From positions 1 through 64,000 of the forward strand of contig JAVECS010000002.1 of the NCBI GenBank assembly GCA_051942165.1: a stretch of DNA of 64,000 bases. Reading direction: 5' to 3'. This document shows positions 13,101 to 24,815 of the stretch, piece by piece (the first letter of the stretch is position 1; each line of letters starts with the position of its first letter). The notes beneath the pieces were generated by a model. That model ran no database searches, was not told the DNA's origin, and worked only from the letters and a program-made list of their open reading frames with translations. The stretch is from Circinaria calcarea. Taxonomy: Eukaryota. The translations under genes were made by a program, and so were the position numbers.

Positions 13101-14856
13101 TCTGGAAAGCATCGGTCTCGGTGGCGGTATCACGCTCATTAGCAGTTTCAAATGCTTCTTCTGTTTCATTTGCAGTTTGGTAAGCATCGCTTGCGTCACG
13201 GGGCTTACTCGGTCCAAGGCTGGGGCCCGCTGCTAAAGAATCTGAAGCGTTGGAAGGCACAGGGCCATCGGAACTCTGGTCTTCCCACTCAGCTTCATTG
13301 ACCTCAATATCTGTCTTCCTATTTCGACTTGTCCCAAGCGCGTTTGGTCTTATCAGTTTTTTGGCTACATCCTCTTGAGACCTTCCTTTTAATCGTTTGT
13401 TTGTATGGTTGGCACCACCTGATTCGGACCGTCTTAGCTCTATCTCGTCTCTTGACTCTTGTAGCATCCGCTTTAATTCCAGTTTCTCAGCTTTCTCTCG
13501 ATGAATGTTGCTTTTCAGATTCTGTATCATGCGATAAGCATGGTGCAATGAGCTTCGAAGTGTTTCAGACTCCAGCATAGTATGCCTCACCGCGCCTTTT
13601 GATGGCGAAGGTGGTGGCGAGCGTTCGGGTTCCGAACGGTCCAATGATAATTCCTCTGGCTCCGATCCAAGATCTCTAACAGCAGGATCCTCTTCGCTCC
13701 TGAAACGACCTGCGACTGCTCTTGCTAGCTCCTGATTCTGCGAAGTCAGCTCCTCGATTCTTCGTTGTAGAGCGCCCCTATCATGGTCACCTTGCGCCAG
13801 CACTTTGCGTAGATTACTGAGCTCGGAGTCGTAGTTCCGGCGAAAAGTGACATGGTCTTCAATAATCTTCATGTAGGCTTGTTTAAGGTCGTCAAGTTCT
13901 CTTAGAGCAGCACTCTTTTCGGAACTTAGGGAATTAATTGTCTGTTGGAGCCGTTGTTGTCTGTCAGCGGCTTCCTTAGCTGCAGCTATCAGGTTGTGGG
14001 TCTGTGTTTCCAAGCTCCAGTTTTCATCCTTATACCGTTGCTCACTCTCGTCAAGACTCCGCAGGCGCTGGGAGAAGCCTTCGGCCTCTAGCTCTAACCG
14101 AGATTTTTCAAGACTGACGGCTTTCAGCATCTCTTCTCGCTCAACGGCCTCATTTTGTAGTTGTCTAACTTGTGCTAGAAGGGAAGTACCGAGTTCTGTG
14201 AGAAACTCGATGTCGTGGACTCCGCTGGACGGCTGGTTACGTTGCCTTCGCGATGGTACGCTGACTTTTGAGGGTGAATCAGTGGCCTGACTGGAGAATT
14301 TGGAAGGACTCGCAGTATTCTAGGTTGATAGGGTCAGTGGAGAAGTTTTTAGATACTGCACCGGGTACTGTACTTTTAAATCTTGGGCGTGAGAACCATT
14401 GGGTACTTCATCTGGGTTTCGCAAACGGGGCTTGGAAGCAATGGAAGCTCTTGTATTTCCTCTCCCAGCCTCATGGAATTCCTTTTCTAGGCTGATAAGC
14501 TTCTGCCGCAGCTCTGGCCCAATCTCGCCCTGGCTATAATGCATTTCAACGTCCCGTAATCGATCATTTAGGTCCTTTCGTTGTTGTATTAACGCTGTAC
14601 CAAGCTTCGAGGTTTCCTGGAGCCTCCGATCTGTCTCCACAATGTGCGCCTCCAATGCACGTTTGGCCTGCGCTGGGGACGAAGATGGGTGATCCAAGGT
14701 AAATCCCTGAGGATTGAAAGATGAGTAACGTTGTTGATACGAACGTGGCGCCTGAGTTGAGGATGTAGTGAATGGATCATCTGCCGCATCATACGTCCCA
14801 TCGCCGCTCTCTACCTCTAGTACTTGGGTAGGAAAGCTTGCGGTTACTGTAGACAT
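10121..14856 (-). CDS. apsA: Cortical dynein anchor ApsA/Num1 (coiled coil + C-terminal PH domain), 3 exons
   Basis: N-terminal SKLGTALIQQ, SPSKVSVPSRRQRNQPSSGVHDIEF after intron ~14378-14321, coiled coil, YQTANET repeats, PH domain TDPRMIQAITQTMIGEYLWKYTRK..RHRRFFWVHPYTRTLYWS, last exon GRHDVGSLAKR*. Confidence 0.9.
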
Positions 14857-15703
14857 GAGTATTACCCCTGAGACACCACAGTGTCGTTGATCAGTTTCTG
14901 CAGACTGCTAAACTGCTACAAGGTGACTGAAGGCGCAGGCTTTGATCTTTCTCTGCGATAATCCAATCTCACCCAGTGGTCCCAGCCTGTCCGTTTTTGC
15001 TACTGCAGTACGAGTAAATCTTGTGGAGATTCACCTTTGCAATGAGTATCATCTGAGCACCTGGTATCGATGCGGATGTCCTGTGTGCAACGCTCGTACG
15101 TCCTGCTCAACTTGAATGTGTACGTGGGTTCAGCGGGCGGAGGACACGGAGTAAACGCGTAAATAAATATAGTAATCACAAGTAATGTCTTTGAGGGTTA
15201 TGACAGTCAGCTCATCGCGATCTCACATGCGATGAGGATTTGCACAAGCAATACAAGGTAAAGGATTCGAAGTGGCTAGGTACTGTATACAACTCGGTAT
15301 TTACGTGGGAAGTGGACTCCGCACGTGCATTATCGTTTAATACAGTACTCCGTGAGTTCTCGTATTAGCTCCGGTTCGCTTGCAGTGTGCATGGGTCCAA
15401 TTGCCGATTACTAGGATACTTTCTGGAGTTAAGGTAATGCTACCAATGCTACAATCAATCAGTTCCGTGTTCATCACTATATTATTCATAGCACTGTGGC
15501 TACCTTCTTATCCAACATTCAGCCAAATAGGGCCAATACAACCCAAGGCTGTCTTGAATTTTTACGTGAATGGTACCTTCTGGAATTTTTCGATGAAGCG
15601 TATGAACAAGGGATGCCAGACTTACTCAGCAAGCAACCTACTGCTGTACTGAACGTTGGACGAATTCATTCGCCATACACGACACTCTAATCCTGTGAAC
15701 CTG

Positions 15704-16735
15704 ATGGAAAACCCAACCTCTGCGAATGATGCCATACAGCTCACATTCAAGAAACGTGCTCTCAAAAAGTCTAACATCCGCAAGAGACCATCGACGCCGC
15801 CGCTGGCGTCATCCGGCTCATCCGACTATTCTTCAGCCGACGATGACGAGGCCCATAAAACCAAACGTCAACGGAGCGCCGTGGGCATTACTTCCAGCTC
15901 ATCTACAATTATTCAGCCGAGGGGAGGCGATATCGAAACTCCCAAGTACGCCGCAGATCGTTCCGCCTTGATAGCTTCTTCGAATGATGCCACAAAACAG
16001 TCGAATTGGTTTGACGATCCTAAATCGGATAACCTGACACCCCCGAGTCTTCTTGGCAATACACGCTCACGCCCCCATCAACGGTCGAGTGATGAGATAT
16101 CGTTGGACAGGACATATATCGGGGCATCAAATTATCAAAGTTTCATCCAGAAGAATCCGAACGCCCCTTCAAAGCAAGTCGGCCCAATTAAAGCATCTAC
16201 AAACATACGAACAATCACGGTCACAGATTTTGCCCCTGATGTGTGCAAAGACTACAAGCAAACCGGATTTTGTGGCTTTGGAGACAGTTGCAAGTTTCTA
16301 CATGCGCGTGAGGATTATAAACAAGGCTGGCAGTTGGATAAAGATTGGGAGACGGTCACGAAGGGCAAGAAGCTTACTGGTAGAGCTGTTGCGTCAGCGA
16401 ATCGGAATAAGGTGGTGGACGAGGATGAAGAATCGGATGCCGACAATGCTATACTCGAAGGAATCCCGTTTGCATGCATTATTTGTAAAGAGTCTTACAA
16501 AACCCCGATCGTCACAAAGTGCGGGCACTATTTCTGTGAGCCTTGTGCTCTTTGGAGGTATAGGAAGACACCTTCCTGTGCTGCATGTGGAGCGGGCACT
16601 GGAGGAGTGTTCAACGGGGCTAAGAACCTGAAGAAGCTACTTGATAAGAAGAGGGACAGGGTGTCACGTGAAAAGACGGTCGAGAATGGTCGAGAAGCCG
16701 GCAACGAGGGTGAGGGAGCTGCATTGGACGACTAG
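15704..16735 (+). CDS. cwc24: Pre-mRNA splicing factor Cwc24 (RNF113A): CCCH + RING finger
   Basis: PDVCKDYKQTGFCGFGDSCKFLHAREDYKQGWQLD; CIIC..TKCGHYFCEPC..CAAC..TGGVFNGA. Confidence 0.95.
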   Translation: MENPTSANDAIQLTFKKRALKKSNIRKRPSTPPLASSGSSDYSSADDDEAHKTKRQRSAVGITSSSSTIIQPRGGDIETPKYAADRSALIASSNDATKQSNWFDDPKSDNLTPPSLLGNTRSRPHQRSSDEISLDRTYIGASNYQSFIQKNPNAPSKQVGPIKASTNIRTITVTDFAPDVCKDYKQTGFCGFGDSCKFLHAREDYKQGWQLDKDWETVTKGKKLTGRAVASANRNKVVDEDEESDADNAILEGIPFACIICKESYKTPIVTKCGHYFCEPCALWRYRKTPSCAACGAGTGGVFNGAKNLKKLLDKKRDRVSREKTVENGREAGNEGEGAALDD

Positions 16736-16984
16736 TAGATAAGATGTAGTCTTGAGAGGCTCTAAACATAAATCTTCCAAGATTCTGATGACCGTTTCGC
16801 GGCTAAAATTTCCTTATTTCGACAAGGTAGTGATAAGTAAATCTAAAATACAATGAACATGCCATGTCTGTTTCTGTACCACGTAGTAGAAGGCATCTCC
16901 TATCCATCGATGATACTAATTGCAAAGTGGTCTCGCGGTGGCGCCTATCGCGTCTATGGCAATCCAACCGCACTTCCCGCAACA

Positions 16985-17900
16985 GTCTAAAATATTTGGT
17001 GATTTTTTGTTAGGTTAATCTAATGTATTTTCGGCTCGGAATAACAGAAATCCGAGAGCTAAGCCTAAAATAATCAATATCAAAACTCTAAATTTTTTAT
17101 ACTGTAGAATTTCATGCTATTCCCCCCTCGTAATTCAATAAATATGCCACGCCCTTCCGTGCTTTTAAGACGCCGTTTACGGCGGAAACGGCTTCGTGGG
17201 CTTGGTCTATACAAGCAAAAAGGCGGTGTGGACCGGGGCCTGTTGCTGCTGAGAGGGGGGTGGAAATCACGGGGCGCCCGTCGGGTGGAAGCTGGCTGCT
17301 GGCTGCTGGGGGGCGCTGCCTCTCCCACTGGTCTATCAGCCCGTTCATTTCAGGGTTAACACCGAAAAGAATGCGTGTTGGCGTTGGATTTTGGACGTTT
17401 ACGGGTGTGTTTCTATTCACGCCTGGCAGTTCACGGTTTCTAGATATTTTACTACTGAATTTAAGCGTGATCACGTTTTTATTCTGTGTATATAAAGTCT
17501 ACTTATATATTTAATTAATTAATTCTAGCAATTTTTACTTGAATAACTTGATGTTGAATCTTAGTAGTAAATATGACTTCATACGATAATCAATTATCTA
17601 ATTAAGCCAATATAGCGTTGCATAGCTCCGTTGTAGGTCCACATCAGAGCTATGTTCTACTAGTAAGGATTAAATTTTAGTAATGGATTTTATTGGCTTC
17701 TATAACATACATTCTTCTTACACAGAAAATCAAAACCCCCCAAATCAATTGGAAGGTTTCGGTAGATTTTTGTTATGCTCGGAGAATGTTATGTAGGCAC
17801 GGAATAACTGTACTCCAGCCAATCCATACCCTGCTCATAAGAGAACCCATGCCTAACATAGCTCCGTCGTTAATAACATTGGAAGCTATGTTATGCTAGT
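16985..17900. mobile_element. AT-rich insertion/transposon relic with a palindromic motif array at the right end
   Basis: AT-rich flanks (17040-17140, 17440-17610) around a GC-rich ORF remnant; four copies of ~TAGCATAACATAGCTCCG forming two hairpins, each followed by CTAGT. Confidence 0.4.
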
Positions 17901-19157
17901 GAGACCTCTTCTGGCCAACACGGAAGGGTGGATTCTACGTGAACATGATATGCGGACCTTACAATATCAAGCTTAGGGTATCGGTGCCGGCCTCTCGTAC
18001 ATGACAGATTTCTTAACAGGAATCAGCGAAATCCCCCACATGACTACTTACGTTGCTACGCCACTGAGTTATTGATATGCGTAGGCAGATTACCATTAGC
18101 ATGTTGACCTCGACTGCTTCGTGAGACTTTGATTAATTCTAAAGCTCAAAAAGTTTACGTGTTTTTTAGGCAAAACATAAAGGAGGTGAGAAAAATAAAA
18201 TCCAGACGTATTTTTAGTTTGACGATAGGAAACCCCTAAGAGCATTATTCACTTGCAGTCTTTTATGCCTTTCCCGGTCGGGCGAGCATGCAAGCCCTTG
18301 ATTTGTTTGATCATGATGACGGATTTGTTATTTGCTGTTAGATTTATGAACATAACTCGCCATGTCTACTCAACGCTCAGGGGGTAGGATAGTTTCGCTT
18401 AGTCGGCGTCTTAGCATACAGTGAGAACTATTTCACCCACACGTCCTTTTCTGTAATGATTAGCTATCGAATAGAATGGGTATAGCTATCGCATTGCCCG
18501 TAACTCACATTACTACATTTCTTCATCTTAGACACCTTTCAAGTAAAGTGCTCTAAGGCATCACACACCACATGAATAGTTTACTATGGATCAAACAGCG
18601 AGACTTGTCTGGTGTAGGCCTTCCGGTTTATCTCGGGCTTACCACTATTTACGTGTCAGTTTGCCGCTGTCGGGAAGAATTTTAGACTTCAAGGTGACCG
18701 CCATGACGAAAGGTGACCTGTACCAAAGGACCTAGAACTAATACAAATGCTCTTAACAACAATTCCTGTCCCCACCGTGCGGTCCTAACACTACCATCGT
18801 AGACGATCTCCACCCTTTTGAGCTTTCTATTGGAAATGTGGAAGACTTCTGCGACATTTGATCTGGAACTTTACCTTTTCGCGGCGTAACATTGACATAC
18901 GGAATAAGTGAAAAGTGGAGTGGACCGATGAATTACCAAAGAATAAGGTAGGGAGCACTTGCATGCTTAGGCAGAGGCAGTTCTTGCATTAGTTGGAGCT
19001 GGGCCTTACTCAGTAAGTTATGGAACAGGCAATATATCATTTCACTTGAAGATCCCCGCAAGACCAAGCTTGATGACCACGTATTCTCGTAATTCAATAT
19101 CATAATATAACGCCCGCTGTTGAATAAACAAGTATTCCTCGCGACTATGTAATCCGA

Positions 19158-21432
19158 TCACTTCTGCTCGAAATATGGTTCTATCCTCTCCACCAGGTCC
19201 GCTTTCTTCCCTGACAAGCTGAGTCCTTTCTTTCCCAACCACGCTTTCAAAACTGGCATCGAAAGCTATGTGTTAACGTCACTATTAGATCTCACTTCGT
19301 TGCCAACCTAAACCAATGCGAAAACTTAGAAGGACTACACACCTTGGCAATAGAATTCCTATCAAAGTGATCCCTCATATCCTCATCACTTATGGTGTCT
19401 GTCTCTGCAGTTTTGGCCTTCTTCTTCGATTCTGAATCGTCCTTCGCTGATGAGGCGGGCCGCTTAGCCTGCTTAGCCGATGTAGCACTGGTCTGATTTG
19501 CTTGAACCCAGTCTTGATACTGGGCCTCAAGCTCAACGCCCCATTCTATGGCATAGGCACCCGCACGCTGGCACCGTGTTAACAAAGAATTCGCATATAT
19601 GATGAAATTGAGAAAAGTGGTGGTCACCTACTTTATTGATCTGCCTGTACCGCGGTACTGTCTTGTCTTCAGGCTTCTCGGGAAGGTCTTCTTCTAAGGC
19701 TAATGCTTGAAGGATCCGGTAGTGCCATTGAAGAGCTTGTATTAGTATCAGTCAACGCTATCAGCCAAGGTTTAACAACAATTCACCTGGATTCGGGTAC
19801 TTTCCAGGATAATATCGAGCGCCTGGAAGCTGCAACTGCTGAATGATGACTCTCGTCAGGTTGGTTAAGGAATCAGGCGACCTGATAAGCGTCGTCTCAG
19901 GGTTCTGTCGAATATCATCTACGAACGGCAATGTGATGATCCACATCCCAGGTGGGAGTACTTGCTCGCCGTCATCATTCAGCTTCTCTACACCAGGTAT
20001 GATGGCCGTAATCACAGGTGTTGCGCTCTTCCGAGCTATGAACCAAGCCAGGCCCATTTTATCATCTTTGAGTAATTTCTGCTGTAATGCAGAGAAAACC
20101 CGAGTAGATCCTATATAATCTTCTTCGGAAGGGTAGATGAATGTCGCCGGCCTGACATTCGCCCAAATAGGCAGCATCGATAATGGCTTAAACCCAATAA
20201 TACGAATGCCTGGTTCCCCAAAGTCACGCAACTTGGAGATCTCATCCGGCGTAAAGGTAATTTGTGCACCACCAAATTTATAAGCTTTTCTTATATCTCC
20301 CTTTTCAACTAGACGAGCCGTGTCGTCTGCCATTTGCGTCGTCACACCTTTTGCTATCTGACATTTCTCGCCATTCAGCCATACGTAGCAGCTTCTCTTC
20401 GGCTCTTGACGCTTGAAGACAATGTATCCTTTTACAGATATTTTAAAGCCAGGACCGATCTCGAATGGAAGATTGGAAAACAAGGCTCTTTTAGCTACGG
20501 CTTTGGAATTGATAGAAGACAACAGAGAGTTTAGCAGAGTGATACCATCTCCTGTAGATGAAACTTTGGTTGTACTTGAAGTGGGTGCTGGAGCTTCGGG
20601 ATCTGTCGGCGATGCACTGTAGATAATGTCCTGATGGTCTTTAGCAGAACATCCATCTTGCAACTGGTGGTATGCTTTACATTATAGAATTTGTTTCTGT
20701 CGAACTCCTGCCCAGGTTTTGAAACGGGGAAGAGTTCAATAATCACTCCAAGGTCATACAGATCCTTAGCACGAGTAGTAGCAGCTAAGTTTGCTTCCTT
20801 CTGCTTTTTGCTCTTCGCGTGAGGATCATCGTCATCTGTTACGATGAAAAGCCGGCGTGATGCGAAATTAGGCGCTTTTGTTGTGAAGATTTGATTTGCG
20901 CAGAATAGTACAGTCGCCATCGTGACCGGCTCTGTCGATGGAACCATGAGTTGCTTGAAGACTTCATCATCCTCCACCAGGGACTTCAGTGCCTTCACAT
21001 CATCAGCTGCAGGTACATCCAGATCTGTCAGTAGGTAGCAGTTTGGATAGGCAAGTCTCCCGCGAGACTGTTCGTCTTCATGGAACTTGGTCTGCTCTGT
21101 TCCATAGAGAAGGACTCCCATCATGTCATTCGGATTGGAGATGATACGCTGCTGCATCAATTGGTAGCCACATTTCAATGCGGCCGAGGCAGGAGTGTCC
21201 GTATCAGCTTTCTTTGAATCCGACAGCGGAGGCGGGTTCAACATCGATGAGCTGACTTCAATGGCAAATATGATAGCATCTTTGGCGCTTTTGTAGGTCT
21301 TAAGCAAGATACGTCAGCTCCGTTGGTGGCATCATATAGAAAATCTAGATGATATACCGACTCATCCAGTTCCTCCTCGTCCTCGTCGCCTGGGTCATCC
21401 TCCCCTAGCTTCCATTTGTTGTCTTCTGCCAT
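19158..21432 (-). CDS. ku70: ATP-dependent DNA helicase II subunit 1 (Ku70), 6 exons
   Basis: v[44 protein letters not shown]; core [42 protein letters not shown]; final exon SAP domain [26 protein letters not shown] 19158. Confidence 0.96.
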
Positions 21433-21801
21433 GGCTACGGAACCACGGTTTGAATATCATGCGTACTAAGCATCATAGATGACTCCATAAATGAGCTTCT
21501 GCAGGCCTTACCTTGAGCATGGTTACCTAAAGTTCTTCCGTGAAGGTCGCCAACGAGGTCGCCAGCCATGGGAGACGAGACGTGACTAGTGCAATCGCGT
21601 ACAATTGCAGAATCACCTGACCGGCGCTTAAATTCCGGCCGATAGGAAGGACGTTCGGAAGGCAAATTGATTCGAGAGAACAGAAAGTCGGTGGTTCAAC
21701 AATACCACCACTACCTGCCAGGAGCCTATATCTTGCTCAGAACCCGAGAGTTTATCTACTCACACTATACTCGCTGATTAGAATAACGAAATAAATTGGC
21801 C
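21433..21801. promoter_or_regulatory. Short divergent (probably bidirectional) promoter between ku70 and hem15
   Basis: Head-to-head start codons ~370 bp apart. Confidence 0.55.
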
Positions 21802-23188
21802 ATGCAGAATCCAATACAGCAACTTGCACGCCGCGTTTCCCCAGCTTCAATAGCCACACCTACGGTGTTCTCTACCACATGTCTACGGAAACCTACACGC
21901 CACAAAGATGGACCCCCAAGGCGGTCCATGGCCTCAGTTTTGCCACCGGTCACTCAAGATGCTACTTCATCCAAGGGTCCTACGGCTATGGTTTTTATGA
22001 ACATGGGCGGTCCGTCGACCACAGATGAAGTGGGAGATTTCCTGAGCAGACTCTTCGTATCTCTTCCCAACTGTATCGTACACATATCTTTTGACACTGA
22101 TAAATGGACTCAAAGGCCGACGGCGACCTTATACCCCTCGGCCGTCTTCAATCCTACCTCGGTCCGCTGATTTCTCGGCGGCGAACTCCTAAAATCCAAA
22201 AGCAATATGCGGCGATTGGCGGCGGCTCCCCGATTCGGAAATGGTCAGAATATCAATCCTCAGAAATGTGCAAGATACTCGACCAAATATCCCCCGAAAC
22301 CGCTCCTCATAGACCCTACGTCGCCTTCCGCTACGCCAATCCCTTAACAGAAGAGATGTATACTCGTCTAATCGAAGATGGATTTGGCAATGGCAAAGCT
22401 GGTCGTGCAGTAGCGTTTACTCAATACCCGCAATACTCCTGCTCAACGACAGGCAGCTCATTAAACGAACTGTGGAAATGGCGAAATAGGCTGGAGGGAA
22501 AGAATCCAGAGGGCGCCATAAAATGGAGCGTTATCGATCGATGGCCTGTCCACCCAGGTCTCGTCGAGGCCTTTGCCCGAAATATAGAAGCACAATTGGC
22601 CACCTACCCAGAGGAGAAGCGAAAAGATGTTGTCCTCCTTTTCTCCGCCCATAGCCTCCCCATGAGCGTTGTTAATCGTGGCGACACTTACCCCGCAGAA
22701 GTCAGCGCTACTGTCTACGCTGTCATGCAGCGTCTTGGCTTTAGTAACCCTTATCGCTTATGTTGGCAGTCCCAGGTTGGGCCCTCGGCGTGGCTCGGCG
22801 CACAAACATCTGATACCGTATCTGCCTATGTTGCCCAAGGTCAGACAGATCTTGTCTTGATCCCTATTGCATTCACGTCTGATCATATTGAAACACTCTT
22901 CGAGCTTGACCAAGAAGTCATCCACGAAGCCGGGCACCCCGGAGTCAAAAGAGCGGAGAGTCTGAACGGAAGTCCGGTGTTCATTCGGGCATTAGCGGAT
23001 ATTGCGGCAACCCATTTGAGGAGTGGAGAAAGCTGTAGTAGGCAGATGGGCCTAAGGTGCCAAGGGTGTAAAAGTGAAAGATGTTTAGAGTCGAAGGTAC
23101 CACCTATTCGTAATTTGAGAGTCAGCAGATTGCTAATCTATTATAGAAATTCTTCGTTGGGCAAAGCAATATACTTTCCGTATCATAG
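21802..23188 (+). CDS. hem15: Mitochondrial ferrochelatase, 3 exons
   Basis: Basic presequence; MNMGGPST; QYAAIGGGSPI; FTQYPQYSCSTTGSS; LLFSAHSLP; WQSQVGPSAWLG; FTSDHIETLFELD; C-terminal Fe-S cysteines; introns 22057-22115 and 23097-23146. Confidence 0.96.
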
Positions 23189-23479
23189 AGCAGACTGGGA
23201 GACGCACAAGCTCTTATTGCAAAGAGAAATATCCCCTGTCATAAATTAATTCTTTCACAAAAAATCTGCTTGCGAAGTGCCAACCAGGTCACAAGTACTC
23301 AAATCATTATGCACGGTACGGTTTTGGTCTCACCTCCTATCAACCATGTGGTTTTACCCAACCAAATTTTTTGAATATAGACAAAGTACCGGCGCAGAAG
23401 TCTGGCAATCCCGAAACAGGCGATAGCATGGTCCCGACAATATTAGCAGGCTACCTCTTGCCGAAACGAATTCGGTCAT

Positions 23480-24116
23480 CCTAGTCCAGTCCGTATTAAC
23501 CAACTCTATTCAGCTTCTCAAACCATTCTCTGGAGTCATTCCTCTGCTCCTATACCTCTTCCCAATACCCTTACTCTCGCCATGCTAGACTTGCCCGAAA
23601 AAATCCCAAGCGTATATGCTCTTGCAGTCCTTTCTGCTTCTGCCTCATACGCAGAAACTCCACGTTGCTGCTTTACTTATTTCTACTTCATCGACTTTGT
23701 CAATCCATAGCGGCCCTGGGTCGTTTGATCTTCAAAATCGCAAGAAATGATATTCTTTCCTTTTGCTGTCGAGTAGGGTTTTGGAAGTTTTTAACCTTCC
23801 TATATAGTTGCAAAACCGATTGATTCAACTATCTTTCTAAAACTGGAAAGACTTCGTGTTGAACATAACGTCCCCGGCTAGCTGGAATTGCTCGGAGCCC
23901 GAGGCAGTCATATACAAGCGCAGTACAACTGACTCGTCCCGGCATCAGACACCACTGAGAGTTAGGATCTAAAATAAAGATCAGACCATATGATTGGTCA
24001 AAGGATTCGTGATGGCGAAGTATAAAATCCTCCCTGCATAAAGCTCTGATCATGGGCCTATTCCATCGAGGCAACGGCTGATACTTAATTAGGTTTCTCG
24101 GCCAGGAGACCATCAA
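23480..24116 (-). pseudogene. Degraded coding remnant of unknown family
   Basis: Protein-like frame VEFLRMRQKQKGLQEHIRLGFFRASLAWRE*GYWEEV*EQRNDSREWFEKLN broken by TAA/TAG and frameshifts. Confidence 0.3.
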
Positions 24117-24119
24117 TGT

Positions 24120-24815
24120 CTTAACTGATGCTATAGAGAAATAGACGTGCCTTTTCTCATCAGTTCCGTCCCCGCCTACGGTCTACAAGCACCCGCTGTT
24201 TTCCTACTATAAGTTCAATCTAAGGTTGAGTAGACGGCGGAACATGATAGCGCTCATAGAAACCCTATCTACCGGAAACTGAGAGGAGATAAGAAGAGAT
24301 GAAGCTTTACAACAGCCGAGACGGCAATTCAATGCTTCAACATGAAGCTATTCCACCTGGATAACTGCCGTTATGGATTGTGTATACTGAAGAGTATGGC
24401 CGCATCAATCTACTAGAAACTTCACAGAACGCTAGGCAAAGTTACAACGTTATTGGGAGAGCGTCCTGACCCTTTTAATACTTTTGCTCATTGACTGTAA
24501 CCTAAGACTTCATTACCAATGACTACGACATGAGATTTGGCGAGGGATATGTAGACGTCCAGGCCTATGTATTGGCTGGCAGGCTAGATGTTCCAGTCAT
24601 TCGACATGAGTCTTACCAAACAACCCAAGCGGTACACTCTACTTCACATTTCATGTAAAAATGGTTGACGATATCACCAGCGACTACTCGGCCCATTCTC
24701 TATGCGAGCCTACCTCAACGCGTTGTTCGTCTGCGCGATCATCCCGCAAGCAAAATTTCGCATTGTCAGTGGTAATTCTAATACTGATCTCGAGCGTGTT
24801 GTGATGGAAGCTTAG
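24120..24815 (+). pseudogene. Probable BTB/POZ-domain protein pseudogene
   Basis: Collinear fragments in shifting frames: TVYKHPLF (~F.VHK.LL), LWIVYTEEY (~WLYTG.Y), VQAYVLAGRLDVPVIR (~VYVLADKYD.P.L), MRAYL; residual CTGAT..TAG acceptor at ~24125-24136. Confidence 0.42.

Noticed and set aside
16929..17906. GGTCTC..GAGACC as terminal inverted repeats
   Set aside because: Only 6-8 bp, no target-site duplication, and the same hexamer occurs elsewhere
23186..23200. SRL codons after the hem15 stop as a cryptic peroxisomal signal
   Set aside because: SRL is not followed by a stop and the context is not TGA-CTA
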